From Planctomycetota bacterium (lineage in GTDB: Bacteria > Planctomycetota > UBA11346), in the NCBI GenBank assembly GCA_038213805.1, contig JBBQSO010000009.1, positions 31,663 through 95,662 of the forward strand: 64,000 nt of DNA, written 5' to 3'. Below, piece after piece: positions 9,971-19,900 of this stretch. Position 1 is the stretch's first letter. Every line of letters begins with the position of its first letter. The position numbers and the translations under genes are program-made. The notes beneath the pieces are model-generated. The model ran no database searches and was not told where the DNA came from. It saw only the letters and a program-made list of their open reading frames with translations.

Positions 9971-11228
9971 GGGCCGACTCCCCCGCCACCGCCGCGACGC
10001 GCCCGGACGCGGAGGCAGGCGCGGCGTGCGAGCTGGCCAGGGCGGTGGCCTGCTCCTCGATGCGCGTCAGTGCGCGTTCGGCGCGGCGGGCGAGCAGGGC
10101 GTGCGCGAACAGCACCGGCACCGCCACCAGCAGCCCGAGCTGAGTGGTGATGAGCGCCTCGGAGATGCCGCCGGAAAGCAGCTTGGGGTTGCCGGTGCCG
10201 TGCGCGGAGAGCACCTGGAACATGCGGATCATGCCGCTGACCGTGCCGAGCAGGCCGAGCAACGGTGCGATGGCAGCGAGCATGCCGAGCACGGTCAGGC
10301 TGCGTTCGATGCGCGGGGTCTGCGCGAGGATGGCCTCGCCAAGCGCGGCGGCGCGCGCCTCGAAACCGCGCGCGAACACCGCCAGGCCGGCGCCGAGCAC
10401 GCAGGCCACGGGCGTGCCGTGCCCGACCAGCAGGCGCTGCGCGGCGGCGAGGTCGCCGGCGGCGACGCTCGCAACCACCGCGCGGCCGAGCCCGTCGTCG
10501 CCGCGCTCGCGGTGGAAGCTGAGCAAGCGTTCAAGCACCAGCAGCAGCGCGATCAGGCCGGTGGCGAGGATCGGAATGACGAACCAGCCGCCGTCGGCGA
10601 GCTTGCGCCAGAGCGTGCGCGGCGCCGCGGCAGTCTGCGCGGCGAGCTTGCCGGTGACGTCGACCGCGATCCAGCCAGCGCGCGTCGGGCCAGGTATCGT
10701 CGGACCAACCTGCCGCCAGCCGTCGCCAAAGGGTGCCACCAGTGCGGCCGATTCGGCCACGGCAGCACCGGCCGCACCCAGGCGGATGACGGTCGCGGTC
10801 GCCTGGTGGCCGTCCCACCACGTCACCGGCGCCTGCTGCGCCATCAGGGTGGTGGCAGCGGCAAGCTGGGCCGCGGCGGACTCCTGCCAGCGGCGCAGGC
10901 TGGCGGCGAGCGGCGTCGTGGCCGGCACACCGGCGATGCTGGCGGCTTGGCGCGCCAGCTCGAGACGCAGAGGCCGGGGATCGGTGGGCAGCGGTGCGGC
11001 GAGTTGCGCGTCCAGCGCGCGCAGCTCGCTCGCGCGCGACGCGGCGGCCTGCGCCAGCTTGGTCAAGCGCTCACCGAGCGCGCGGCGCTCGACCCCGACC
11101 TGATCCTGGGCCGCGGCGAGCGCCGTACGCGCGCCCGCAGGGTCATAACCGGCAGTGTCCGCGGCGGTGCCGACGGGGGTCGTGAACGCGAGGATCACGA
11201 CCGCGGCGAAGACCCAGGGCAGGCGCAT
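9960..11228 (-). CDS. Long MotA/TolQ/ExbB family protein with periplasmic N-terminal domain (TtpC-like)
   Basis: Signal peptide MRLPWVF, DVTG motif, APLLGLLGTVSGMI...GISEALITTQLGL. Confidence 0.85.
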   Translation of the reverse strand: MRLPWVFAAVVILAFTTPVGTAADTAGYDPAGARTALAAAQDQVGVERRALGERLTKLAQAAASRASELRALDAQLAAPLPTDPRPLRLELARQAASIAGVPATTPLAASLRRWQESAAAQLAAATTLMAQQAPVTWWDGHQATATVIRLGAAGAAVAESAALVAPFGDGWRQVGPTIPGPTRAGWIAVDVTGKLAAQTAAAPRTLWRKLADGGWFVIPILATGLIALLLVLERLLSFHRERGDDGLGRAVVASVAAGDLAAAQRLLVGHGTPVACVLGAGLAVFARGFEARAAALGEAILAQTPRIERSLTVLGMLAAIAPLLGLLGTVSGMIRMFQVLSAHGTGNPKLLSGGISEALITTQLGLLVAVPVLFAHALLARRAERALTRIEEQATALASSHAAPASASGRVAAVAGESAHAR

Positions 11229-11998
11229 CAGGGCACACCTTGCGTGCTTGGCGGCGCGGGCGCGGGCGCGGGCGGCGCCGGCAGCAGCAGCGCCTCGGGG
11301 ACGGTGTTGCCGCGCAGTTGCGCGATCGCTGCGCTGATCGCCGCGGCGACAGCGGGATCCCCGTCGGGATGCAGCGTCCAGCGCACGCCGGCGCGCTGCG
11401 CAGTGCCGGCCTGGGCACCGTCGAGGCTGACGTACCAGGCTGCGGCATAGCCGGCCTTCACCACCTGCACCGCTACGGTACCGCCGCCCGGGGCGACGCC
11501 CTCGGCGATCTCGATCTCCCAGCGGCCGGCGCTGACGCGCACCGCCTCGAACGCGGCGGCACCGGCACGCAGCTGCGCGGGCAACGAAGCCTCTGCGTCG
11601 GCCTTCGCGCCAGGCACGGAAGCAGACGGATAGGGCGCGAGCATGGCCGTCAACGCAGCCAGGGTGGCGAGCGCCGCCTGGTCGTCGGCGGCCAGCGCGG
11701 CTGCCTCTTCGGCCAGGTGGGCGCCCTCGGCCTGGCGCGTCGCGAGCCGAGCACGCAGTTCGGCGAGCTGCGCGTCCGCGGCCTCCAGCGCGATGGTGCG
11801 GGCGGTAGCCAGGCGTTCGAGGTCGGCGCGCTCCTTTTCCCAAGCGGCAAGCAGGGTGGCGCGCTGGTGCTCGAGCGCGAGCGCGGCGCGCGCCTCGGCC
11901 AGCGCCGCTTCGGGCTCGGCCGCGGCCACCACCCCTGCCAGGAAGGCGAGCAGGGGCGCGAGGGCCTTCAGCAGCAGGGAGGAACGGGCGTGGCGCAT
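11228..11998 (-). CDS. DUF3450-like exported coiled-coil protein (TtpB-like)
   Basis: Signal peptide, coiled coil, VKAGYAAAWYVSLDG; first gene of the TonB cluster. Confidence 0.65.
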   Translation of the reverse strand: MRHARSSLLLKALAPLLAFLAGVVAAAEPEAALAEARAALALEHQRATLLAAWEKERADLERLATARTIALEAADAQLAELRARLATRQAEGAHLAEEAAALAADDQAALATLAALTAMLAPYPSASVPGAKADAEASLPAQLRAGAAAFEAVRVSAGRWEIEIAEGVAPGGGTVAVQVVKAGYAAAWYVSLDGAQAGTAQRAGVRWTLHPDGDPAVAAAISAAIAQLRGNTVPEALLLPAPPAPAPAPPSTQGVP

Positions 11999-12219
11999 CG
12001 GGGTCCGGGAAGGAGGCATCAGCGGAAAGGATGCCGGCGCGGATGGTGGGGCAACGGGGGGATACGTCCAGATCGTGAACAGCGGCAAGACCCCCTGTCG
12101 AGGAGCTGCGCAAGCCCCCGGTCGGCCGGCCACCACCTGCCGGACGTGATCGTGCCTGCCATTGCCTGGGCGCGCGGGCCGCGAGCATCACCCCGGCCGC
12201 GCCTTTCCGGAGCTCACGC

Positions 12220-13095
12220 ATGTCCGACCTCCGCCAGCACTTCCTTCTGACGCTCCTCCTCGGCATGGTATCCGTTTCCGCCACCGTCGAGGCCGCCGAG
12301 CCATCCCCCCTGCGCGTGGTCGCTTCCACCACCATGCTCGCCGACATCGTGCGCCAGGTTGGCGGCGCGCGGGTGGCGGTTACCAGCCTGCTCGCCCCTG
12401 GCGTCGACGGCCACACCTGGCAGCCGGCGCCCGCCGACATTCAGCGCATCGCCACAGCGCGCCTGGTGGTGGTCAATGGCCTGGGCTTCGAGGGCTGGCT
12501 CGACCAGGTCATCGCGAACGCCGGGGCGCGGCCGACCGTGGTCGTGGCCAGCACCGGCGTCACCCCGCGCGGCGGCGATCCGCACGCCTGGCAGGACGCG
12601 CGCAACGGCATGCGCTATGCGCAGGCGATCGGCGCGGCGCTGGCCGCCGCCGATCCCGCCGGCGCGGACGACTACGCCGCCTGGACCGAGGCCTACGTCG
12701 CCCAGTTGCGCGTGGTTGACGCCTGGGTGCGCAAGCAGATCGCCAGCCTGCCGCCGACGGCGCGCGTGCTGGTCACCAGCCACGACGCGCTCGGCTACTA
12801 CGGCCTGGCCTACGGGCTGGAGGTCATCGCCGTCGAGGGCATCGCCACCGGCCAGGAGCCCGACCCCCAACACATCGCCGGCCTCATCACGCTGCTGCGT
12901 GCACGCCACGTGAAGGCGGTGTTTATCGAATCCGTCGCCAGCCCCAAGGTGGTGGAGCAGATCGGCGCGGAAGGTGGCGCCGCGCTCGGCGGCAGCCTGT
13001 TCAGCGACAGCCTCGATGTCCCGGGGGCGCCGGCCGGCACGTACATCGGCATGTTCCTGACGAATACGCGCGCGATCGTGGATGGGCTGCGCTGA
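12220..13095 (+). CDS. Zn/Mn ABC transporter substrate-binding protein (ZnuA/MntA family)
   Basis: VVASTTMLADIV, DGHTWQP, DPHAWQD, TSHDALGY, DSL metal-ligand motifs. Confidence 0.92.
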   Translation: MSDLRQHFLLTLLLGMVSVSATVEAAEPSPLRVVASTTMLADIVRQVGGARVAVTSLLAPGVDGHTWQPAPADIQRIATARLVVVNGLGFEGWLDQVIANAGARPTVVVASTGVTPRGGDPHAWQDARNGMRYAQAIGAALAAADPAGADDYAAWTEAYVAQLRVVDAWVRKQIASLPPTARVLVTSHDALGYYGLAYGLEVIAVEGIATGQEPDPQHIAGLITLLRARHVKAVFIESVASPKVVEQIGAEGGAALGGSLFSDSLDVPGAPAGTYIGMFLTNTRAIVDGLR

Positions 13096-13148
13096 GACGC
13101 GAGACGCGAGACGCGAGACGCGAGACGCGAGACGCGAGACGCGAGACG
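13094..13148 (+). repeat. Tandem heptamer (GAGACGC), 7 full units plus a partial unit
   Basis: Read directly; begins within the stop codon of the metal-binding protein gene. Confidence 0.97.
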
Positions 13149-13515
13149 ATCGGCCTTTGGCGGATACCTTACCGGGTTTTCTGCAAGGGATCGTCGCGGG
13201 ATGATCACCTTACCGGGGATGCGCATCCGGCGGTGGCCACACCACCAGCCCATCATCCTCGTGCTCATCGAAGCAGCCCCGCCACAGGCGCAGCAGGATG
13301 CGATTGCTACAACGCGGCGGCAGGGTCAGGGCGCGCACGTGCCGCTGGCCATGGCAAAGCGCCAGGTCGGTGCAGGTGCGGATCCAGTGCCGCGTGGGGA
13401 TGCGCTCGGAGAGATCCATGGCTACCGCTGATACTATCCGGCGGCGCGGCGAACCGCGGGGAAATGGTGCATCCTTCGGCGCTCGCACCCGCGCAGATGG
13501 AAGCCGCTTCCGGGC

Positions 13516-13558
13516 TCTTCCTGGGACCGCGCGCCGCTGGCGCGCGGTCCCAGGAAGA
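13516..13558. terminator. Perfect 20-bp stem hairpin, terminator- or REP-like
   Basis: TCTTCCTGGGACCGCGCGCC-GCT-GGCGCGCGGTCCCAGGAAGA, just past the stop of the minus-strand gene ending at 13580; no poly-U tail. Confidence 0.55.
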
Positions 13559-13579
13559 ACCCAGTCGCGGATGTCGCGT

Positions 13580-14113
13580 TCAGGGTGCGGTGACGAACTG
13601 CTCCGCGGCGTGCAAGCCATCCAGCATCGGCACATTCCCATCCACGTGGCACCGGCGCACGAGATCCGCGTAGCCGCCCAGCGCGGCGGCGCCGAGCCGC
13701 GCGGACACCGCCATGCCGCAGCTGCGCTCGGGGATGCCGATGAGGAAACCTTCCGGGAAGAGCGCCTGCAGGCGCTTCCCGAGCAGCAGCCGCGAGGTCC
13801 CCAGGCCATCGTCGTTCATGAAGGCGGCCATCTCGCGGACGCCGCCAACGACCTTCTCGTGGGTGTGGAAGACCTCTGCGCAGGACGCCTCCAGGTTGGC
13901 GAGCGCGGCCGCGCGGAAATCGACGCCCTCCGCCGCCATCGCGTCGGTCTCCTCCTTGTTCAGGTAGCGCATGGTCTGATCGTCATCCAGCCACACCCAG
14001 GTTACGGCGAGTTCGGGATGCACGAGCGGCGCGAGATGGCCCGGCCAGGTGCCATGCTCGTCGTAGCTGCGCGGCACGATGATCGGGAAGATGGTGCTCA
14101 GGTCTTCATGCAT
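13580..14113 (-). CDS. Hypothetical protein, weakly DUF1444-like
   Basis: MHEDLSTIFPIIVP...AALANL...DDGLGTSRLLL...IGIPERS; protein-like composition. Confidence 0.65.
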   Translation of the reverse strand: MHEDLSTIFPIIVPRSYDEHGTWPGHLAPLVHPELAVTWVWLDDDQTMRYLNKEETDAMAAEGVDFRAAALANLEASCAEVFHTHEKVVGGVREMAAFMNDDGLGTSRLLLGKRLQALFPEGFLIGIPERSCGMAVSARLGAAALGGYADLVRRCHVDGNVPMLDGLHAAEQFVTAP

Positions 14114-14317
14114 GGCGGTGCCCGGCGGAGATGAACGGTGCGCGAGCCGCCGCGCACTGCTGGATACTTTCCAGATTCCCGGACGGTTGCCAAGCGCTGA
14201 CGGAACGTCCGCCCGGCCCGCCCACCGCCGCGTGGCGACGGCCCGGCGGTGCAGACGGGTGCCCCCGCCATGGTCCAGGCGCATGGCAATCCGACCGCCT
14301 CCGCCATCATCCAGGCC

Positions 14318-15292
14318 ATGGAGCCGTTCCTGCGCACCACGCCACCCGATCTCGCCACCGCGGCAGCGGTGGTGGCGCTGGCGACCCTGGTAGCCGCCGC
14401 TTGGTGGGCGCGACGCTCATGGATCGGTGAACTCACCAGCCATTGGACCCGCCACATCGCCTGGGTGCTGCTCGCCCTCGCGGTGTTCGCCACCTGGCGG
14501 GGAGACTGGTGCATCGCGGTGCTCGCCTGCGGCTTCGCCGCCGCAGGCGCGATCCCATGGCTGCGCGCAGCGCGCGAACACAAGGCCCCGCACACCGCCG
14601 ACGGGCCGACGTTCACGCTGTTGTCGGCCAACCTGCTCTGCTTCAATCAGCAGCGCGCCGCAGCGCTGGCCACGCTCGCCGCCAGCGGCGCCCAGGTTGC
14701 GGTGCTAATCGAAGTCCTGCCCAGCGACGAGATCGCGCTACGCGGCGATCCCCGCTGGCCCCACCAGTCCTGGCACCACGACCCAGACTGGAACGGCTCT
14801 GCGATCCTCAGCGTCCATCCGCTCGACCAGGTCGTGGTGGTGGACCCGCGCCACGCCGCACTCGTCACCACGAGCCTCACCATCGCCGGCCGCTCCCTGC
14901 TGCTGATCGCCGTACATCCCTTCGCGCCAGAAAGCCTCGCGCACACGCGCGAACGCAACGCCCAGTGTGCGCGCCTGACCCAACTGGTCGCCAGCGACCC
15001 CCGGCCGGTCGTGGTCGCCGGGGACTTCAATCTCACCGTCGGCAATCCCGCTTGGCGCGATTTGCACCGCGTCGGCGGCCTGCTGCGCTGCCACGGCGCA
15101 GCGCCTGCGACCTACCCGGCGTGGCTCGGCGGCCTCGGCATCGCCATTGATCACGTGCTGGTGCGCGGGCTCGCGCTGCGCTCGCTTGCTGCAGTGCGCC
15201 TACCGGGCAGCGATCATCGTGGGGTGCTGGCGGAGATCGTCGTGCCACCAGAGTGGATGCAGGGATTTGGCGTGAAACCATCGCGAGGGTAA
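14318..15292 (+). CDS. Endonuclease/exonuclease/phosphatase family protein with N-terminal TM helices
   Basis: LLSANL, VLIE, VVAGDFN, IDHVL and GSDHRGV motifs. Confidence 0.9.
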   Translation: MEPFLRTTPPDLATAAAVVALATLVAAAWWARRSWIGELTSHWTRHIAWVLLALAVFATWRGDWCIAVLACGFAAAGAIPWLRAAREHKAPHTADGPTFTLLSANLLCFNQQRAAALATLAASGAQVAVLIEVLPSDEIALRGDPRWPHQSWHHDPDWNGSAILSVHPLDQVVVVDPRHAALVTTSLTIAGRSLLLIAVHPFAPESLAHTRERNAQCARLTQLVASDPRPVVVAGDFNLTVGNPAWRDLHRVGGLLRCHGAAPATYPAWLGGLGIAIDHVLVRGLALRSLAAVRLPGSDHRGVLAEIVVPPEWMQGFGVKPSRG

Positions 15293-15336
15293 AGCACGCG
15301 ACCATCACGCGCCCGCGGGTCGATCCGCGCAGTGAG

Positions 15337-15410
15337 CGCACCCACCAGGAGTCGAACCTGGGACCTAGTGCTTAGAAGGCACTTGCTCTATCCAGCTGAG
15401 CTATGGGTGC
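15337..15410 (-). tRNA. tRNA-Arg (anticodon TCT), CCA not encoded
   Basis: Reverse complement GCACCCATAGCTCAGCTGGATAGAGCAAGTGCCTTCTAAGCACTAGGTCCCAGGTTCGACTCCTGGTGGGTGCG folds as a cloverleaf with a GTTCGA T-loop. Confidence 0.95.
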
Positions 15411-15575
15411 AGATGTGCGCGTGCGCCGGCATGCTGGCGCCCCCCGCCGCGAGGAAAAGCGCCGAGTGACCCATCCCCGACCGCGAGCAGAGCAGCCGTG
15501 GCGGACCGGGCACGACGGTTGCCTCCCACGGCACCTCACCCGTATCCGCGCACGATCCCTCATCTTTCCAGGCCG

Positions 15576-15622
15576 TCCGACTTCCGGACTTCCGGACTCC
15601 CGGATCTCCGGACTTCCGGACC
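15576..15622. repeat. Degenerate tandem octamer (CTTCCGGA), about 5 units
   Basis: Read directly; abuts the stop of the PhoH gene. Confidence 0.9.
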
Positions 15623-15625
15623 CTC

Positions 15626-16948
15626 TTACAGGATGTTCGCCGCGATCCCCGACAGCTCGCTGCGCTCCGACTTGGTCAGCGTCATGTGTCCCGCCAGCTC
15701 CTGGCCGCGCATGCGCTCGACCACGTAGGTCAGGCCGTTCGAACTCGCATCCAGGTAGGGGTTGTCGATCTGGTGCGGGTCGCCGGTGAGCACGATCTTG
15801 GTGTCGTGGCCAGCGCGGCTGATGATGGTCTTGATCTCGTGCGGGGTCAGGTTCTGGGCCTCGTCGACGATCACGTACTGCTTGCTGATCGAACGGCCGC
15901 GGATGTAGGTCAGGGCCTCGAGCGTGATCGACTCCTCCTCGATGAGGCGCTTGATGACCTCGTCGGGATCGCGCTCCTCGCTGGCGAGCAGGAAGTGCAG
16001 GTTGTCGAAGATCGGGCCCATCCAGTGCGAGAGCTTGTCGTCCTTCGAGCCGGGCAGGTAACCGATGTCCTGGCCGAGCGGCATGATCGGGCGGCTGACC
16101 AGCAGCTTCTTGAAACGTTCGTCGTGAATGACCTTGGCCAGGCCGCAGGCCAGGGCGAGCAGGGTTTTGCCCGTGCCGGCCTGTCCAACCAGGGTGACCA
16201 GCTTGATGCGGTCGTCGAGCAGCAGCTCGAACGCCATGCGCTGCTCGTGGCTGCGCGGCGCGACGCCGAAGAGCATGGGCGGATCATCGTCGATGCGCCG
16301 CAACAGGCCCTTGGCATCGCAGGCGAAGAGCAGGTGCTGCTCCTCGTCCTGGTCGTCGACGGCGACCACGAACTGGTTGGTGACCAGCTCACCGACCAGC
16401 TCGACGGCGATCTCCTCGGGCTTGGCCACGTCGCGGTCGGAGAGCTCGCGCAGGCGCGAGCTCGGCACGGTGATCTGGCGCCAGCCGGTGTAGAGCTCGT
16501 CGACGTTGACCTTCTGATTCTCGAAGTCCTCGCTGGGAATGCCGAGGGCGTCGGCCTTGACGCGCGCGTTGATGTCCTTCGAGATGAAGTAGACGTTGCG
16601 GCCTTCGCGCTTGAAGCGCTGCGCACAGCCCAGGATGCGGTTGTCGTTGACGCCGGGCAGCATGCCCGCGATCTCATCGTAGCCCAGCGCGACCTGCACC
16701 GATCCGCCCTGCGGCGTCGGCACCCCGTCGCGCAGCGAGCCCTTGCTGCGCAGGCGGTCGAGGGCGCGCGCGACCTCGCGGGAGTTCTGCCCGAGCTCGT
16801 TGTTGGCGGTCTTGAACTTATCAAGCTCTTCGAGCACCATCATGGGGATGACCACGTGGTTGTCGGCGAACGCGAAGAGCGACTGCGGGTTGTGCAGCAG
16901 GACGTTGGTGTCGATGATGAAGGTCTTGGCAGTCGCGGGATCGATCAT
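15626..16948 (-). CDS. PhoH2/YlaK family protein (PIN + PhoH ATPase)
   Basis: IDTNVLLH PIN motif, GQAGTGKT Walker A, YIRGRS, DEAQN, LTGDPHQID. Confidence 0.93.
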   Translation of the reverse strand: MIDPATAKTFIIDTNVLLHNPQSLFAFADNHVVIPMMVLEELDKFKTANNELGQNSREVARALDRLRSKGSLRDGVPTPQGGSVQVALGYDEIAGMLPGVNDNRILGCAQRFKREGRNVYFISKDINARVKADALGIPSEDFENQKVNVDELYTGWRQITVPSSRLRELSDRDVAKPEEIAVELVGELVTNQFVVAVDDQDEEQHLLFACDAKGLLRRIDDDPPMLFGVAPRSHEQRMAFELLLDDRIKLVTLVGQAGTGKTLLALACGLAKVIHDERFKKLLVSRPIMPLGQDIGYLPGSKDDKLSHWMGPIFDNLHFLLASEERDPDEVIKRLIEEESITLEALTYIRGRSISKQYVIVDEAQNLTPHEIKTIISRAGHDTKIVLTGDPHQIDNPYLDASSNGLTYVVERMRGQELAGHMTLTKSERSELSGIAANIL

Positions 16949-16959
16949 TGTTCCGGGGT

Positions 16960-19900
16960 TCAGGGGTAGGTGGGTTTGGGCGGGGATTTGAGCTTCGCGT
17001 CGGCGAGCGCGGTGATCAGCAAGTGGGTGCGCGGGCCGAGTTCGATCTTCTGCGTGACGATGGCGTTGCCGGTGCGGTCGGTGACGGTCAGCGCCGTGTC
17101 CTTCCACACCACGCGGTACTCGGTGTAGGCGCTCACCAGGTCAAGATCGATCCAGGTGCCGCTGGTGCGGTCGCTGGCCTGGCCGAGCTGGATGCGCAGT
17201 TTGCCGCTGCCCTTGGCCTCGAAGTTGGCACCGATCATGCCTTCGCGGATCGGCATGCCGATGCCGCTCAGGCTGTCCGGCGCGCCGCTGGGCAGCACCA
17301 CGGTGTTCTCCTCAAGGGTGGCCTTGCCGAACGGCACCAGGTTGAGCGCGGCGAAGGCATCCGCCTTGCCCGCGCTGGCGCCGGCGGGGGCGACGCTGCC
17401 GGCGACCGCCACATAGCCGCGGCTGATGGCGATCTCGTCGAACTGCACCATGGCCCCGGCATTGGTGCCGAAGTGCAGCACCGGCAGCAGGTCGGTGGCG
17501 CGCACCTCGGCGGTCTCGCGACCGTTGTTGAGGTCGACGCCGATGGTGCCGTTGTCGCGCGCGTCGATGCGCAGGAAATTCGAGATCTTGGGCGTGAAGG
17601 GGAAGGGCTTGGCCTTGCGGCTCTCGGTCTTGGTCTTGACCTCGTAGGTGTTGGCCGAGAAGTCGAGGATGACCTGCACGCTGCGGAAGTTCACCACCAT
17701 CCCGCCGCGGTTGGCGGCGATCTGGTAGACGATCGATACCGCCTTGGCCGAGGCCATGTCGCGGCGCTCCAGCCAGGCGTTGTCGCCGAGGTTGCCGAGC
17801 AGACCCTTGGAGACCTGCCAGTTGCTGGAGCGTTCGGGGAAGCCCTTGGCAAGGTCGTCGGGCATGTCGAAGGTGACGTTGTCCTTGCTGCTCGCCACCG
17901 CGGGCTCGCCCGCGCGGGCGGGGGCGAGGTTCTTGAGCGCGGTCTCGAAGCGCGCCATGGGCTCGACCGCCTGCGGGAACTGGACCTTGTCGACCTTGCG
18001 CAGCGCCTCGAACGCGTCCTGCATGCCCTTGGCGTTGCCGAGCCTCAGCGCCTCGTTGCCCTTGGCGACGCTGTCGTTCACGTCGCGCTGGCGCTCGAGC
18101 GAGATCAGGATCTCGAGTTCGCTGCCGACTTCCGGCGCGAGCACGCCCTTGGCCTTGCGCAGCTGCACGCCCGCCAAATCGGGATCGCCGGCGGCGAGCA
18201 GCATGATGGTGGCGAGCGCGTGGTCGTCGCCCTTGGCGGCCGGCACCGCCGCGGCGGCGCGGAAGAGCTCAGCGACATCCTTGATCGCGACCTGCGGCCA
18301 CGTGAGTTCCGTGCGGCTGTCGTTGGGCGAGGTGATGGTCACGCCCGCCGCGGTCGCCCCGGTCACGTCCCAGAGCTCGGCCGTGGTGGGGTGGCGGACG
18401 CGCAGCTTGGCCGGCGGGTGCTCGCTGATGATGCGCGCGAGCACGTCGCCGCGGTTGTTCCACAGCACCACCTTGTGCTTGATCGCGGCACTCTCGGGCG
18501 CGCCATCGGGCAGGGTGGTGAGCTGCTGCTGGACGAGGTTCTGGTTGTTGACCAGCAGCGCTGCGGTGACCTGGCTGTCGATCTGCACGATGCGCTGGAG
18601 GTCGGGCTTGGCGGGCTCGGGCAGCGCCGCCGGGACGGACGGTACCGCGGCGGGCGACGGGACGGCGGCGACGGCCGGATCCTTGGTCGCCTCGCCGCCG
18701 CCGGCGGGGGCGAGTGTCACCGGCCGGCCGAGGCGCTTCTCTGCCTCGGTGGCCAGGCCCTTGGCCCAGGCGGCGTCGCCCGGGAAGCCCCAATACGTCT
18801 GGGGCGGGGTCAGCAGGGCGCCGATCAGCACCGGGTCGGTACCAGCCGCGGCCTCTTTCTCGACCGCCTGACGGCGCAAGTCGTGATTCGCGCGCACGCG
18901 CTCAGCGACGTTCTTCGAGTCCTCCTCGGTGGGCAGGGTGTCGCACTTGGCGAGCGCCTCGGCGAAATGCTCGCTGCGCTCGAGGCTGCCGATCTCGAGG
19001 ATCACCTGGACGCGCTCTTCGGAGGTGACGCGCTTGACCGCGACCGGCTCCGGCGCCGTGGTGCCGCCGATCGAGCCGTCGACCCCGGCTGGAACGGTCG
19101 CGGTGGGCACGGCGGCGACCGCCGGAGCGGCGGGCTTGTCAGGGCCGGCCGCGGCGCCCGGCGCGAGCGCGGAGAAGGCGCCCTTGCCTGGCGGCTTGGG
19201 CTTGTCGACGGTCGGCGCCGCAACTGGCGCCGGGGCCAGTTGCGGCGACTTCGCCTTCTCCGGCATCGGCTCGAGCGGCGCCAGGGTCGGGCGCGTCGCC
19301 ACCTTCACCGGATTGAGTACGTAGAAGCCGACCGCGCCGCCGATCAGCAGCACCGCGACCACCACCAGGACGATGATGCCGGTCGAGCTCTCGGGCTCTT
19401 TGCGCCGCGAAGTGGTTACCTCGCCGCTGGCGGTACGCGAACCGCGCCGCGCGGTGCCCGTGCCGGTGCCGGTGCGGTTCATGCTCGAGGTGCCGATGCG
19501 CGGGATCGGACCGGTCGCGGTACCACCCATGCGCGGGATCGGACCGGTGACGGTGCCGCTGCGCCGGATGCTGGCGCTGCCGGGCGCAGGATTGGAGATG
19601 TTCGAGGTGAGGCGCAGGGTCTGCCGCTTGGCGCCGCCGCCGAAACGGTCGAGGGTGTCGATGACCTCGCGGTAGCCCTGGAAGCGGTCCTTACGCTCGG
19701 CCGCCACCAGCTTCTGGAAGAACAGGTCGAGGTCGCGGCTGACGCCACCCTGCACGCTGCGCAGGGAGCGCGCGCCGTTGGCCACCACCTTGTGCAGCGC
19801 CTCGTGGGCGTTGTAGCCGGTGACCAGGCCCTCGCCGGTCATCATGCGGAAAAGCAGCGCGCCGAGCATGAAGATATCGGCGCGCACGTCGCTGCGGATC

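Noticed and set aside
13201..13431. Small overlapping ORFs on both strands (76 aa plus; MDLSERIP... minus)
   Set aside because: No motif or clear RBS; I cannot decide which, if either, is real.
15337..15410. tRNA-Arg as an island integration site
   Set aside because: No integrase nearby, and I did not spot a duplicated tRNA 3' end in the window.
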